Notes: generated by a model not told the origin, from the letters alone. A DNA stretch of 63,143 nucleotides, filler included, from 9 parts of 9 records of this genome joined end to end with filler, not necessarily neighbours in it, one strand, 5' to 3'. Positions 45,670 to 57,873 are shown, counted from the whole stretch's first letter. Numbers and translations are program-made.

Positions 45670-48652
45670 TCATCCCTCGACTATCACCGTTGTGCGCTGC
45701 CTTATATCACAGGAACTGCTCCCCACCATCACCTCGAACTCACCAGTGGAGACAACAAATCCATGCACCCCCACATCCCAGATGCTTAAGTCACGTGACT
45801 CCAGCGTGAAGGTCACTAGCTCGGATGAACCGGGAACAAGTGTCCCAGTTTTTCTGAATCCTTTTAGTTGCTTCGGTGGCTCTCCAGCATCTGCTGGGAA
45901 TCGCAAATACAATTGTGGAGTCTCCTTGCCGGCGACTGTGCCGACATTAGTCACAGAAAATATTACAGCAAAGGATCCTCGATCCTCGAAAGAGCGAACG
46001 TCCAGCTCGCCGTACGAAAACCTTGTGTACGAGATCCCCTGCAGCACCATGACAGGGTTCGCTAGCATGAACGCAAAGAAATTTGAAATGTGCTGTGGGT
46101 AGATCACAAACAACGAATGCACAACTAACGTTCTAGTGGCAGCGCAAATGTGAGAGCTCTCTACAGAACCTACATGGCCAAAGCAAAAAGCAGGTGTCGC
46201 GTTGTGAGCTTCAAACCAGCGGTAACCAACTTCCAAGCGCTCTGAATAGACAGATCTCCCCCCTCCAGGACAAGTTGGAAAAGGCCCAGCCATTGGCCCG
46301 GTACATGGACGGGGCATGGGGGTCGCTTCATTGCCATCAATGAGTCCAGGGTAAGCGGAAGGGGGCATGACCTGCTGGTCCTCAAAGGCTGGGAACGTGA
46401 TTGGGAGTCTAGCAGAGGGGTTGCAGTCACCAAACAAGATAGCAGTCAACGCTGCAACGTGGCAACACGTAAGTATTAGCACATTCAACAGCATTCCAAC
46501 GACGCTCATCGTTTGCCATGTGCGCAGCAAAACTGAAATCACTCACCTTCAGCGTATGCTTGTCCGGGCATAAATGAAACGAGAACCGATGCGCTTTGCT
46601 CTGCCCAAGGTGTCAACAGCGCTCCAGGTGTTACCGCGATCACTGCGGTCTTTTCTCCCGCTATCTCTACAACGCTGTTGATCAGTACATCCTGATCTTC
46701 GTGCTGCACACTGTTGTCGCACACCGGCAGTCCAAATTCTGACACTTTCTCTGTCTGGCAAGAAGATGTGAGACTTAAGTTGTCGCGGTCGGCTCCCTCC
46801 ATGGAATCTGTTGCTACAAACACAAAGACGTGTGTAGACGCCTGCGCAAGCTTGCGAGCGAGGTCTATATCGGTCTGTTCCTGCACGTTCTGAAATCTGA
46901 CACACACGGTACCTGATGTGGTGCAATCACTGTTGCCGGTGATACCTGCTCGCCTCCGAATCAAATCCTTCGGTGTACTAAAGTTTGACGGGTATACTCC
47001 CCCACTACCGCCGCCTCCAACTGTCGTCCCAAGTGCTTCATGACCAATCAATGCAATGTTGATCTGTTGGCCCATACCAGGCGCTTCGTCCGACAGCTGT
47101 ATGGGCAGAAAGTCACCGTCATTCTTCAACAACACCATCCCAGCAGCTGCGAGCTCAGCTGCTATAGCATGGTGTTCTGCACTGGTTACAGGCCCGTCTT
47201 CTGGTGAATTTGGATTTGGTTCGTCCTGCATACCGCAAGAACAGACAGTACCGCATGCGTTCAAAGACGCCACGCTGCTCGTAAGATGGCCGAAGGGAAA
47301 TACACAGCTTACGAATTCCCCAATCGCGAACAAGGCTTGAAGGATGCGCATGACAGAGTCGTCCAACTTGGCCAGCTCCAACTCATCATTTTCGATTGCG
47401 CTAACAACTTTTGCTGTTGAGAGGTGTGTACACGCGGCATTCAAACCGCCAAAGAGCTCAAAGTCCTCGGGAATCAGCATCCGTAGTAGCCAATTGCATT
47501 TTGCCCCAGGCATTTCAATGTCCAGCCCGGCAGCAACAGACATGCTATGTGTCGCGCCCTGATCAGAAACCATAAACCAATCGCAAACCATTGAATATTT
47601 GAGACGTGTTATAGAGAGTCTGTAATTGGAGAGGCATGATGGGATGGGTCGTGTTGACCGCGCGTGATTCATGCTGTGTGACGCACCCAGTCAGAAACCA
47701 CGAATCCATCGAACCCCATTGCATCTTTGAGATCATGTTGGAGTGTCTGTGAGTTCTCACAGGAATAGGTGCCTTCACTCTGTCCTGGCGTCAGTTGAAT
47801 TTTGTTGTACCTAGTCAAGGAGAGCCTGATGAGGAGTGGAGAACGAGTTGAAGTGCAAAGTACTGACGTAAACTGATTGCATGAACTCATTGTGCCAAGC
47901 TCACGAGCACATAATGGAGTGAATCCCTGCATCGATCGCGCCCTTAAAAGGTGGATAGTAAAGCTCCTGCAGTGTGACCATGTCAACCCAATTTTCAGAC
48001 GGTGAGGTAGCAAGAGAGAGGGTGTGGTGCTACGTGATGAGCAATGTCGCACGACAAATATGTCCAGCACGATGGTTACCAGCGGCTCCACACCCAAGTT
48101 TATCGCGGCACACGCACCCATTGCGATCGTTCATCGACGACTTCTGTCTGAGTCCAGCGTCCGATTTCCTGCGAGTTGTCGACATAATGTTTGGCATTTG
48201 CAATGACCTTGTTCCGTTGTATTCCAGCTACTGCAGGACCAGCTAGCTGTGAGCCCAAGTAAGGATCTTCACCAGATAGATACTGAACGCGATCCAGACG
48301 CATTGCGTCGCGGTTTGTCAGCACGGGGGCGGAGAGTCACAGGCATCAACATGTACACACCTCAAAGTTGCGGCCGTTGTGAGGCACTCGCGCTAGCGAC
48401 AGACCAGGGCCAAGAGCCATGTTGCAGCCCATGCCATAAAATTCTGCGCCCATTGTGTTGCCCCACTGCTCAGCAGCAGACACGTCAAAACTTGCCGCAA
48501 CAGTAAGCGCTGCAGGAAAGGCAGTCGTGTAGGTGTCGGGCATCTTGTACGTCACCGTGCCGACGCCCGTAAGTACAATTAGCAGCCCCATCAGACCCGC
48601 TGCCAGTGCAGTCGGTAGTAGCTTCGTGTGGATATCGCTCTCATCCCGCTGC
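45670..48652 (-). CDS. Glycoside hydrolase family 3 beta-glucosidase, multi-exon, 5'-truncated
   Basis: TAFPAALTVAASFD, GPGLSLARVPHNGRNFE|YLSGEDPYL, NAKHY, GFVVSDW|GATHS (nucleophile Asp), AGLDIEMPG, VLLKN, EGADR, VGYRWF, and Fn3-like ETPQLYL...PPKQLKGF. Confidence 0.93.
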
Positions 48653-48752
48653 NNNNNNNNNNNNNNNNNNNNNNNNNNNNNNNNNNNNNNNNNNNNTTAA
48701 TTAATTAANNNNNNNNNNNNNNNNNNNNNNNNNNNNNNNNNNNNNNNNNNNN
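48653..48752. other. Artificial contig spacer
   Basis: N44-TTAATTAATTAA-N44. Confidence 0.99.
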
Positions 48753-49507
48753 TGTATGAAACGAAACGTTCAAGGCAATACCTTTGCAACACTATTGGTT
48801 GCCCCCTCGAGAGACGACTACATTAGTCTCTGTCGTTGGTTAGTCAGTAGCCTAACGGGCTTTTGTTATTGCAAGGGTCCCAAGTGGAGTGTGCAAATGC
48901 TCTAAGTCGACGAACGCGCTTCGCACGCTTCATGCGGTTTAAACGGACGGGCTCGCGGGCCGCTACGCCCTCCGCCCTAGCACTCCACCGTATGACGGTT
49001 AACATTAACATTACTGCTGCCGTTGCTGGACATGGACGGCGTGAGAAGGCGTAGGAAGGCGTAGCGGGCGGCTGAGGCAGTTTCATTTTGCTGTTTTGCG
49101 ACGGGTGCTCCGAAAAAGGTACCACCGTATCACCGCCCCCGGCTGCTTTACAATCTCGTATATCATTCCACTAAAATACGGTTTTTTGATATACACGAAT
49201 TGGAAATTGTAACTGGGTGAGTTCTGCCGCTCCGTGATATAAACTCGTATTAATTACTCAGTAATTGTATACCATAACTACGGGCCGTTGGACAGGTATA
49301 CCAAGGTGCCGCTGCTCCGTGCTCGTCGAGGAGCCCTGTGGCCGTTACACGGAAAGGGCCGTCCGTTCGTTCGTTCGTGTGCTGTCGTTTGTTGCTGTTT
49401 CGGTTACTTTGGGTGGTGCGAGCTGTCGGCACCAGTCGTGGTGGGGTTGTGGTAGGGTTTTTTTTACTCGGGGGGTGGGGGCTGCTGTGGTGCTTGCATC
49501 CGCGGGG

Positions 49508-50947
49508 ATGACGGAGGTGGCACCGGTCCCGACGTGGGGTCCCGATGGGATGGGGCCGATCTTGGCGGACGAGGGCGGCGTGCTGAAGGGCTCGTCGGTC
49601 TTCGTCGGGAGCGGGGGCGTGGAGGACCCGCGGCGGGCGGACCCGAACCTGGAGATCCAGCAGTTTAGCGAGATCCTGGCGGGCTGGGTTCAGGCGGTGG
49701 AGGAGAAGCCCACACAGGAGGAGATTAATCAGACGCTGCTCAGCGAAGTGAACCGCTGGAACAAGCGCATCCAGCGCTATCAGGAGGAGAACCGCGAGCT
49801 GGTCGCAAAGAACGAGAGTCTGGCGCAAGATGTGGAGAAGGCGCGAGTGGACCAGCTCGACATCATCTACGATCTGCGCGAGGAAGAGAAGCAAAAGAAG
49901 AAGCAGCTGGCCGACACCCAGACCGAGCTGAAGAAGACGACGGAGGAGAAGGACGCGAAAATCGAGGAGCTGACGCGGGAGCTTGCTGACTACAACGAGT
50001 CATCTACGGCGAAGATCGAGTGCCTCACGGAGCAGATAGCCAACGTGGAGCGGCAGCTCGATTCGCTGAAGCACTTTGAGCAGGAGAAGGCGAAGATGGA
50101 CGCGGAGCTCAAGCAGCTCAACGAGACCATCATGCGGGATCAGATCGAGCACCGCGAGAAGATCCGCACCCTGGAGCGTGAGTGGGAGATAGAGCGCGAC
50201 CGCAGCGAGAAAGAAAAGAAGCGGGCCATCGCGCGGGCGAAGCAGGACATGCTGAAGATTCAGGATCAGCATATTAGCGAGGTGACGCGCAAGGCGATCG
50301 AAGACAACGCCCAGCTGGAACTAGAGATCGCGTACCAGTCACGGCAGGTGAAGCTACTGTACGAAGAAAATAGCGAGTACAACCGCTCCACGGTACAGCT
50401 GCGTCGCGAGCTGGAGGTGCAGCAGGATGCAGAGCGCGTCCTGGCGCAGAAGAACTGCTCGTACCAGAAAACGATCAAGGCTCTGCTAGCCAAGATGAAG
50501 AAGCTGGAGGGCGAGAACGGGAGCTACAAGGCGGACATCGACACCTTCACTGCTGCGGGCGGAGCGCCGACCAAGTTTGCGGCGACGAGCTCGACTGAAG
50601 GTGGGTTCGCCGACGAGGATGTGGCGACCACTTCGCTTGTGGACATGCAGGCAAAGCTCGGCGCGCTTAAAAAGGATTGCAAGGCAAATCGTGCGGAGGT
50701 AAAGCGCCTAAGATCGAAGCTCAACGCGTTTGAGGAAGTGATGGAGGAGGCGTCGCGATACATCATGTCCACGGGCAGCAGCAACGCCGGCAGCCGCCCG
50801 ACAACCACGGGTTCTAGCGGCAGCTTGCGGCAGGGAGGACGGGGGCAACTGCCACCCATGAAAGGCATGGCACCAGCCGGTGACAGCCCCGGGTCGGACT
50901 ACGCGGTGCAGCTTTACATCAAAATCAAGTCGCAGCTGGGCTCGTGA
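49508..50947 (+). CDS. Coiled-coil cilia/flagella protein, CFAP157-like
   Basis: Long heptad coil with LDSLKHFEQEK, IRTLERE...ERDR, VTRKAIEDN..L..EIAYQSRQ...EN, LAQKN..YQKTIK, a pattern I associate with CFAP157. Confidence 0.65.
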   Translation: MTEVAPVPTWGPDGMGPILADEGGVLKGSSVFVGSGGVEDPRRADPNLEIQQFSEILAGWVQAVEEKPTQEEINQTLLSEVNRWNKRIQRYQEENRELVAKNESLAQDVEKARVDQLDIIYDLREEEKQKKKQLADTQTELKKTTEEKDAKIEELTRELADYNESSTAKIECLTEQIANVERQLDSLKHFEQEKAKMDAELKQLNETIMRDQIEHREKIRTLEREWEIERDRSEKEKKRAIARAKQDMLKIQDQHISEVTRKAIEDNAQLELEIAYQSRQVKLLYEENSEYNRSTVQLRRELEVQQDAERVLAQKNCSYQKTIKALLAKMKKLEGENGSYKADIDTFTAAGGAPTKFAATSSTEGGFADEDVATTSLVDMQAKLGALKKDCKANRAEVKRLRSKLNAFEEVMEEASRYIMSTGSSNAGSRPTTTGSSGSLRQGGRGQLPPMKGMAPAGDSPGSDYAVQLYIKIKSQLGS

Positions 50948-51133
50948 CAGATTATTTTCTTGCACGCATCGAGCACTGTTGTATCAACTAGGTTGATTAT
51001 GTCTGGCGCGCTGCGGCGCGTAAGTGTGGCGAGACCAAATGAAAGTATCGTCGTTGCAGGTTGCCACCGGCACACGCCAGGCACTCCATTGGCCTTCGCG
51101 TCGTTTCGCAGCTGCAAGTTCGACGAAGGTGGA

Positions 51134-53607
51134 TCAGAAGCGGCCTTCTTTCACGCGCTTCGCCTTCTTCGCCTGTTCTTTCGCCATGTTCTCGGCCATC
51201 TGTCCAGTCAGTCAGTCAGTCAGTCAGTTAGTAGTCAGTCAGTCAGTCAGGGAAGGCGATTCACAACAACTGCTTGGCACGCTGGTTCTTACCGCCTGCT
51301 CAACCTTCTGGTGCTTTGAAGCAGCCTCCTCTTCGCTGTCTTGCTTCACCGTTGCAGGCCGCGGCATCGATGCTTCTGCGATATCTGGGCCGTTCACAGC
51401 TTCCCCGCTCTGCTTTGCCACTTGCAGCGCCACGAAGACACGAATGTTCGTGTGCAGCTGGGCTGCTTGCTCTGGCGGCAGGTCTCCGGTGTCACGAATG
51501 GTCGCTAGGACATCGGGTACGGCTCCCTCCACATACTGCACAAGCTCAGAGTCGGCCCTGGATGCAAACCAGCCATGTTGATCCAAAACAAAGCGTCTGA
51601 GTGGCACTGCTAGGATTTGCACGACGGACATTTGCATGTGTGTGTGCGCGCGCGCGTGCGTGCATTTGTGAGTAAGCTGCGCACCCTCCCCGAAGTACAG
51701 ACAAAGGCGCGCAGCGCTGCGCATCACTTGCCGCTGACGAGAAGTACCTGCACACATCACAAAGCGCAAAGCAAATTACACGCGCACTCGCTGCCAAGCA
51801 TGCAGCTGGATGCTGGGATTACCCTTTTGAAACTGCGAATAGCAGCACCACTGCGTGTTCCAAGGAGAGTGGTTGGGCTGGTGGCTGGCGCAACACAGCC
51901 TGCCATGCGGCGAGCTGCGCCCGCATCGCGCGCGTCTCTGGCCGAGCGCTTTCCTTTGCCTCAGTCGAGAGGTCAGCATATGCTGACATCAGGAATCGTA
52001 GCTTGTTGCCAACTTCTTGCAGCGCCGAGCTCCGGGTGTCGCGAATCCTTGTCAGGGATCTGGAGAACACGGCGAACCGCAGCAGTGGCTCTCAGATAAG
52101 TCGGCTGCGGACTAATCGGCCATACTCGACCTACTGGGGAGCAAGCGCGTGAGTGCGTGTGTGCGTACGTGGTCGGGCTGATGGCAGGCAGTTGCGCCTC
52201 TGCGCCATCAGACCGCAAAAACTCGTCAGCGTCTAGCAGTATGTGCCCGTCAGACAGGGACATCATCTCTTCAGTGTGCCTGCGCTGCGGTGAGACGGGT
52301 GCTCCCCTGGCCTCAGCATTTGCACTAGTATGTGTGCCTTGTGGATCCTCGTCGGCACTGGCCGATTGCAGCTCTACCTCTGGTATTGGCAAGTGCATCT
52401 TCTTCAGTACTTCATCCGTGATCGGGACATTGTACGCTGATAGTTTTCCCAACCGAGCCAAAGCGTCAGCTGCGTACCCTTCTTCCTCAAAGACGGAGAG
52501 CGGATATCCGCTCTCAGCGGTCGGCCGTTCGCTAGCTTCATCCTCACAGCGCGTGACCTCGGCTGCAACCAGTGTCAGGACAGACATGGAGCCCGCGTCT
52601 GCAAGCTTCGCGGACCGCTGAAGCAGAGCCGAGTAGTACGGCCGCAGCTCCGTGATCTCATGCTGACCGCTAAGGTAGCGCAGCCGAGGGTCATATGACG
52701 CGGACAGCTCTGCGGCGGTCTGCCACAGGTTGCGGAACGCTGACAGTTCGTCGAGAATGACAAGCGAGTCGTGGCCTCCGTCACGGTACGCCTCTCCAAT
52801 GGCGACAGCAGTCGCTGCGGCGAAGTACCGCTCAATCGAGGGCAGCATTGCTGCAGCGCCCGTGACACGCGGCGCGAGCGAGATGACGGGCACTCCGAGC
52901 GACTCGAGGGCGCGCACGCCATCGTCGTCCGAGATGCATCCGTAGATGGTGTGCAGTGGGGGAGTCCCTGGGAGTCGGCTGGCCTGGACTGCGCCGGTAG
53001 CTATGGTCGTCTTGCCTGCGCCATCCGGCCCGACTAGAAGCATCGACTGGCCACGCCCCACGGGCGTGAGGGCGTCGATCGCGAGCCACCCAGTGTGCAG
53101 GTTGTCCATGATTAGCCCACGCTGTGATCCAGATGGCTGGTTTGCGAAGACCGGCACGGTGATCTCGCTCTGGGAGAACGGCGCGCCGCCGTCTAGCGGC
53201 CTCGCAAAGCAGTCCACCTGCCGCCCAACCATCTCCTCGCGCGGTGGTAAGCCGATCGAGAGGACATCCGGTGTGGGCACGCAGCCCTGCCCACACAGCG
53301 CGTCGTAGCCCTCGTCATCCGTGCGCTCCAGCAGCGTCGCAAAGTAGTGGCCGTGCTGCTGGAATAGCACGCAGGCCTTCTGCTCGTCCTCTCCCACCGC
53401 CATAATCCTCCCTGTGGGGAGGTCGAGCAGGTTGCTCTCCAGCATGAGTAAGCCGCGCGTCGCACCAACAACAACGATCGGCGGACGGTGCGCCTCTTTT
53501 GCGGGCGGTCCGTCGCACAGGCAGCGCCTGTGCCTGCGTCGCAAGGGCAGGGAGCTGCGAAACGACGCACTCGGCCGTCGACGCAGCGCCGTACCGACAC
53601 CACGCAT
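51134..53607 (-). CDS. Divergent F1-ATPase alpha-subunit-like protein with a predicted mitochondrial presequence; multi-exon
   Basis: Arg/Ser-rich N-terminus; VGRQVDCFARPLDG, LHTGWLAIDALTPVGRGQ, GPDGAGKT (Walker A), GEAYRDGGHDSLVILDELS, YSALLQRSAKL, SLSDGHILLD, PAIS..SLTRI. Confidence 0.8.
51205..51250 (+). repeat. (CAGT)n tetranucleotide microsatellite within an intron
   Basis: cagtcagtcagtcagtcagtcagttagtagtcagtcagtcagtcag. Confidence 0.95.
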
Positions 53608-53740
53608 ACTACTGCCCCACCTACTACAGCCCACACTGCAGCCCTCGACAAGCAAGCCGACGCCACAAGGCAAGGTCCCCTGCACGGCTTGCGGAGCACA
53701 AACAGCTCGCCGAGAAGCGCCTCTCTGTCTCTCTCCGTCC

Positions 53741-53811
53741 CTCACCACGCACTGTATGGGCCACACCACCCTCTTTGTCTCTCACCACGCACTGTATGGT
53801 CCCCACCACCT
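53741..53811 (+). repeat. 40-bp-period tandem repeat at the contig end
   Basis: CTCACCACGCACTGTATGGxCCxCACCACC at 53741 and 53781. Confidence 0.9.
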
Positions 53812-53822
53812 CCTACAAGCCG

Positions 53823-53922
53823 NNNNNNNNNNNNNNNNNNNNNNNNNNNNNNNNNNNNNNNNNNNNTTAATTAATTAANNNNNNNNNNNNNNNNNNNNNN
53901 NNNNNNNNNNNNNNNNNNNNNN
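53823..53922. other. Artificial contig spacer
   Basis: N44-TTAATTAATTAA-N44. Confidence 0.99.
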
Positions 53923-53942
53923 GCCAGTATGAAGGCAGGTGC

Positions 53943-56900
53943 ATGGAGAGAAGGGAAGAAGTTGAGCAGAGTCACAGAAACGTCAAGGCCTTCAAGCGAA
54001 CGCCAGCACAATGGCTCCCACGCTTACGCGCGTCGATGTCGCCACCTGCTATCGGTGAATCTGGTATGCACGCCTGTGCTAGTGAGATGGACAACGTCCT
54101 AGCGGAAGCGGAAACTTCCTTTGAGCAGCAAGAAGACATATGGCAGAAGCTGCAAGCGCGCCAACGTCTGGCCAAAGACGGCGACATCCGAAGAGAATAT
54201 TTGGCACAGAAAGCTCAACTGGAAGCTGCCCATTGGGAGCGGCTGGCAGGAGACTGTCAGGAAGACATGCAGCTTGCGCTGAAACTTGATCGCGAGGAAA
54301 AGCAGCAGGCAGCCGCGGCAAAGAAGAGACAAGAGGAGGAGGACGAAGCCATGGCCAAGAGATGCCAGGAGGAGCACGATAAGGTCGCGACAACGGAGCG
54401 AGCTCGGATGCAAGAGGCGGAGCAGAAATCTGTGGCAGTCGTGAAAGCGCTTCAATGTGGTCGGCCGAAGCGAAAGGCTAGCGCCGTTATCGACATCGGC
54501 GTTGAACAAAGCACGACGAGTAGTAGCGATGACGATGATGACGATGATGACCATCTTTCTGCCGCCATTCGGATAGTGCCACTGCGGCCGAAGGCAAAAC
54601 GGCAACGCTCAGCATCGCCTCGTGAGATCCAACTGCCAGCTTCTGCAGCACAAGCGTCTGTATCGCGAACCGCGGCCGCTGCTCCAGCTATGTGCCGCAA
54701 GGAAGATGCGTCGGTAGCGCAAGCCACCGGCGTCCATTCTGTGCACCACAGGCATTCTGAGGGTGGCAGGTCGAGTCGACCGCGGGCTCCAGCTATCAAC
54801 GAAAACATCAAAGACCGAGGAATCCGTCTTGTGCTGGACAGACAGACAGAATGGCATCGGGCAGTTTTGGTCGACTGGGCGAAAGGCACAATCAAGCCAG
54901 GTGAGCCGCGCGCAGGCGATCGTTTGATAGACCACCGATGGGCTGTATGTTCTATGATTTTGACGGAGAAGATAGAAGAACCTGCTGATCTGTTGGTGCA
55001 GTTATCAGACGAAAAGTATGGACGCAAGTGGGCATGGGAAGAGGATGAAAGGTTTGACGAGGGTTACCAGCAGCGTCAGCAGGAAAATTTTATCCGAAGC
55101 GAGTTCTACTGCCCTGCTATTGCGTACACACTGTGGCGAAAGCTGAAGCAGCTGCAATTATTCTGGGCACACGAAACCTTTCGAATTGAGGACTTCATCG
55201 CTAATCACAGCAGGTTTGCAGACGAGTGGCCGCTAATTGTGCGGAGTGTCTTGAAGGATCTTCTGCGCGACCACTTTCTGATGGAAGCAAAAACGATGAC
55301 CAAATTTGATGGAACTGTGTCGCTGACACTCAGCGATGTCCGCTTGGACACTGAGCAATTCAAGGGCGTGTTCTCAGTTGCAGACGGTTGGACAATTTGG
55401 AAAGTCAGTGATTTGACTCGGCTGATGAAAGACGTGGCGAGTCGCATTGACGGCCCGTTTGTGCAGTGGCCTGAAGGCGGAGTGGAGAGATGGATCAGTA
55501 CGCTAGAAGCTGATGTGCACTATGATGTGGAACAGCACAATGGCCACGCCCACTCGAAATGCTGCAGTGGCTGTCTGAAAGCTGCTGAGCCAGATGGGAC
55601 ACCGATTGATCTCTGTGTTCATCCGATGTTCGACAACCTGTTCATGTGTGATGGGCCTGAAGGCTGCAAGAACAACTATGAAAACGAAGAGAACTGGTTA
55701 GTTTCTGGAGATGGCGAAGAGGCTTGCAGATGCTGCGGTTACGAACATGAGTATATGCCACTCGTACGATGTGATGCTTGCACGGCCTGTTTCTGTCATG
55801 GCTGCATCAATGGGCAATGTCCAAACTACGGAGCTGCCGAGTTCAAGGCTATTGAAGAAAGTGCTGACGCGGCAAATGCTCCGCCGTGGCTCTGTTTTCT
55901 TTGCCGGCCTCAGAACCTGTCTGTGTTAAAGGTTAACAAACAGGCGTTGCAGCGATTCCGTAGCAAAGAGGCAGATCAGAGGCCGTCGCGCCGAGCCAGT
56001 GTGTTGCGATCACCGCAGAAGGTATATCTCCGACTGGATGTCGACACCGATAGTGGTGACGACAGCGACGATGAGGAGGTTGTATATGGAAGTGAACCAT
56101 CTGAGTCGGACGGCGATGATAATGGTGTTGACAGTGATCAGAACGAAGAGGTAGCGGCCGCTAGACCACGGCGGAGGTCTACCGGAGGTCGTGCTCGCAG
56201 AACTGGTGGGCAAAGGAGACAGGTGAGAAGACAGGTACCGAGTCGCGTGTTCGAGCGAAATATTGAGCACTGGAGACTGCGCTCGCGTCATGAGCCATAC
56301 ATTCTTATCGAAAACGTCAAGGGTATGTCGACAGGGGACAGGAAGACCATACAGCAGACGCTTCATCTTGACATGACTGTGATTGATTCTGTGAGATTCT
56401 CTTTTGCAACACGAAAGAGGCTGTACTTTGGCAACTTTGATTGCCTAAGTGAGAGCGAGCTTCCTGCACTTGACGGCTCACCAGTGATGTCGAAGGAGTT
56501 GGAGACAGCCATTCCTGATCAGGCTGAGATGCGGGCTTACTTCGACGAGAGTCGAACTATCGACTCTCGTTTCATTGAGACTGACGCGCCTAGCCACAAC
56601 GCCACCCCATGGGACAAGACCCTGTGCATTATGCCAGACAAAGGTGAGGACCTCGTCATGGCGGGCTTGAATGACAAGTTGCGGGCCATTGCTCGGTCTG
56701 GATTTGACAGCACGCAAGTTCCGAAGCTAAATCAGGAGGATGTGAAGAAGATGAGGAAGTACAACATGATTTTCTACAAGGACGACGGAGTACCCTATTT
56801 GCAGTTAAGGCTGCTTACAGTAAGAAAACCACCCTTGTCGCGCGGTTGCAATTGTAGTACCGGTATCAGATTGGCACACCTCGGTGGCGCACACATGCCC

Positions 56901-57873
56901 GTGCCCGTGCTTTTCCGTGCCTTAACGTATCCCCATCGATGTCTATGGATCAGCTTGCAGAGCGCGAGAATGGCATGGGCTTCGAACCGCTACCAAACGG
57001 CAAACTGTGGACGCATGCGGCGAGGTGAGTAGCCTACATTGGATCAATGTTTTTGTACGTTTAGCTGCAGCTTCAGGCTTTCTAAGCACTACAGCAGAGA
57101 CGTGAAAAACTGCATCCATACGCGGACACAATTCACGTGGAGCGGCTGAATGCAAATTGACAGATCGGAAAAGGTCGCGCGAAGCCAGCTCGGGGATTCA
57201 TTCGAGGTGCGAACGATTTGCTGGCGGCTACAGAAGATTCATGCGGAGCTGTCCGAACGTTGTAGGCGGGAGCAGCGGCCTTTGCGTGTTCTTTCTATTT
57301 GCGATGGGATTGCGGGCTGTCTCGCCGCCTTAAACCGTGAGGCCCCGCCTACCCACCCTCCTTCTCCACACAGCAGGAAGATTTGGCCAATTCCGACCGT
57401 GCTGTGATTTCCGACCGTGCGCTGATTTGACAGGGCTGGGTGGTTTCGACGAATATGGCATCACGTACATAGCGATAGAGAAGAATAGAGACGCGAGGCG
57501 GGTGGTGGAGTGCAACTGCGATCTGTTGCCGTGGGTTAAGCTGATCCACATCCCACAGTGTAGTGATGCCGAGAACAAACGAGATTGTTCCCCAGGCTGT
57601 CACTGTGGCGACCTCCTTTCGATGCGTGCTCACGATAAATGTGGTCTAAACGACGGCCCCACGCTGCTTTCGTACTTGGAGAACTACAGTAAGGGCACCA
57701 TAGATCTCTGCATGACTGGATATCCTTGCAAAGGGCACAGTTCAGCGAACCGGCAAGGGCAAGGCAATCGGAATCGGGCAGGGCGGACTGGTCATGACAG
57801 TGTTCAGTCGGGGGACACATGGTGGGCGGTTCTATACATGCTACAAGTGCTGTGTTACACACATGACGCATAA
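53943..57873 (+). CDS. ADD-domain C5 DNA methyltransferase with a DRM-type circularly permuted catalytic domain, four exons
   Basis: ADD at about 55560-55910 (CSGC..CVHPMF..MC..CK..CRCC..CDAC..CFC..CI..WLCFLCRP). Motif VI IENV; VIII TRKRLYFGN; IX RLLT|LAERENGMGF; X SQLGDSFEVRTI; I LRVLSICDGIAG; II IAIEKN; IV IDLCMTGYPC. GT-AG introns at 56820-56953, 57025-57163 and 57337-57433 all preserve the frame. Confidence 0.88.

Noticed and set aside
48863-49054. Short ORF faintly like a LINE C-terminus (ALALHRMT)
   Set aside because: Too short and weak; no endonuclease or zinc-knuckle motif.
51134-53607. Canonical atp1/atpA or an organellar insertion (NUMT)
   Set aside because: It has spliceosomal introns, a presequence and heavily diverged motifs, so no gene symbol was assigned.
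53741-53811. Possible CRISPR repeat-spacer unit
   Set aside because: Only two copies, the intervening sequences are similar rather than unique spacers, there are no cas genes, and the context is eukaryotic.
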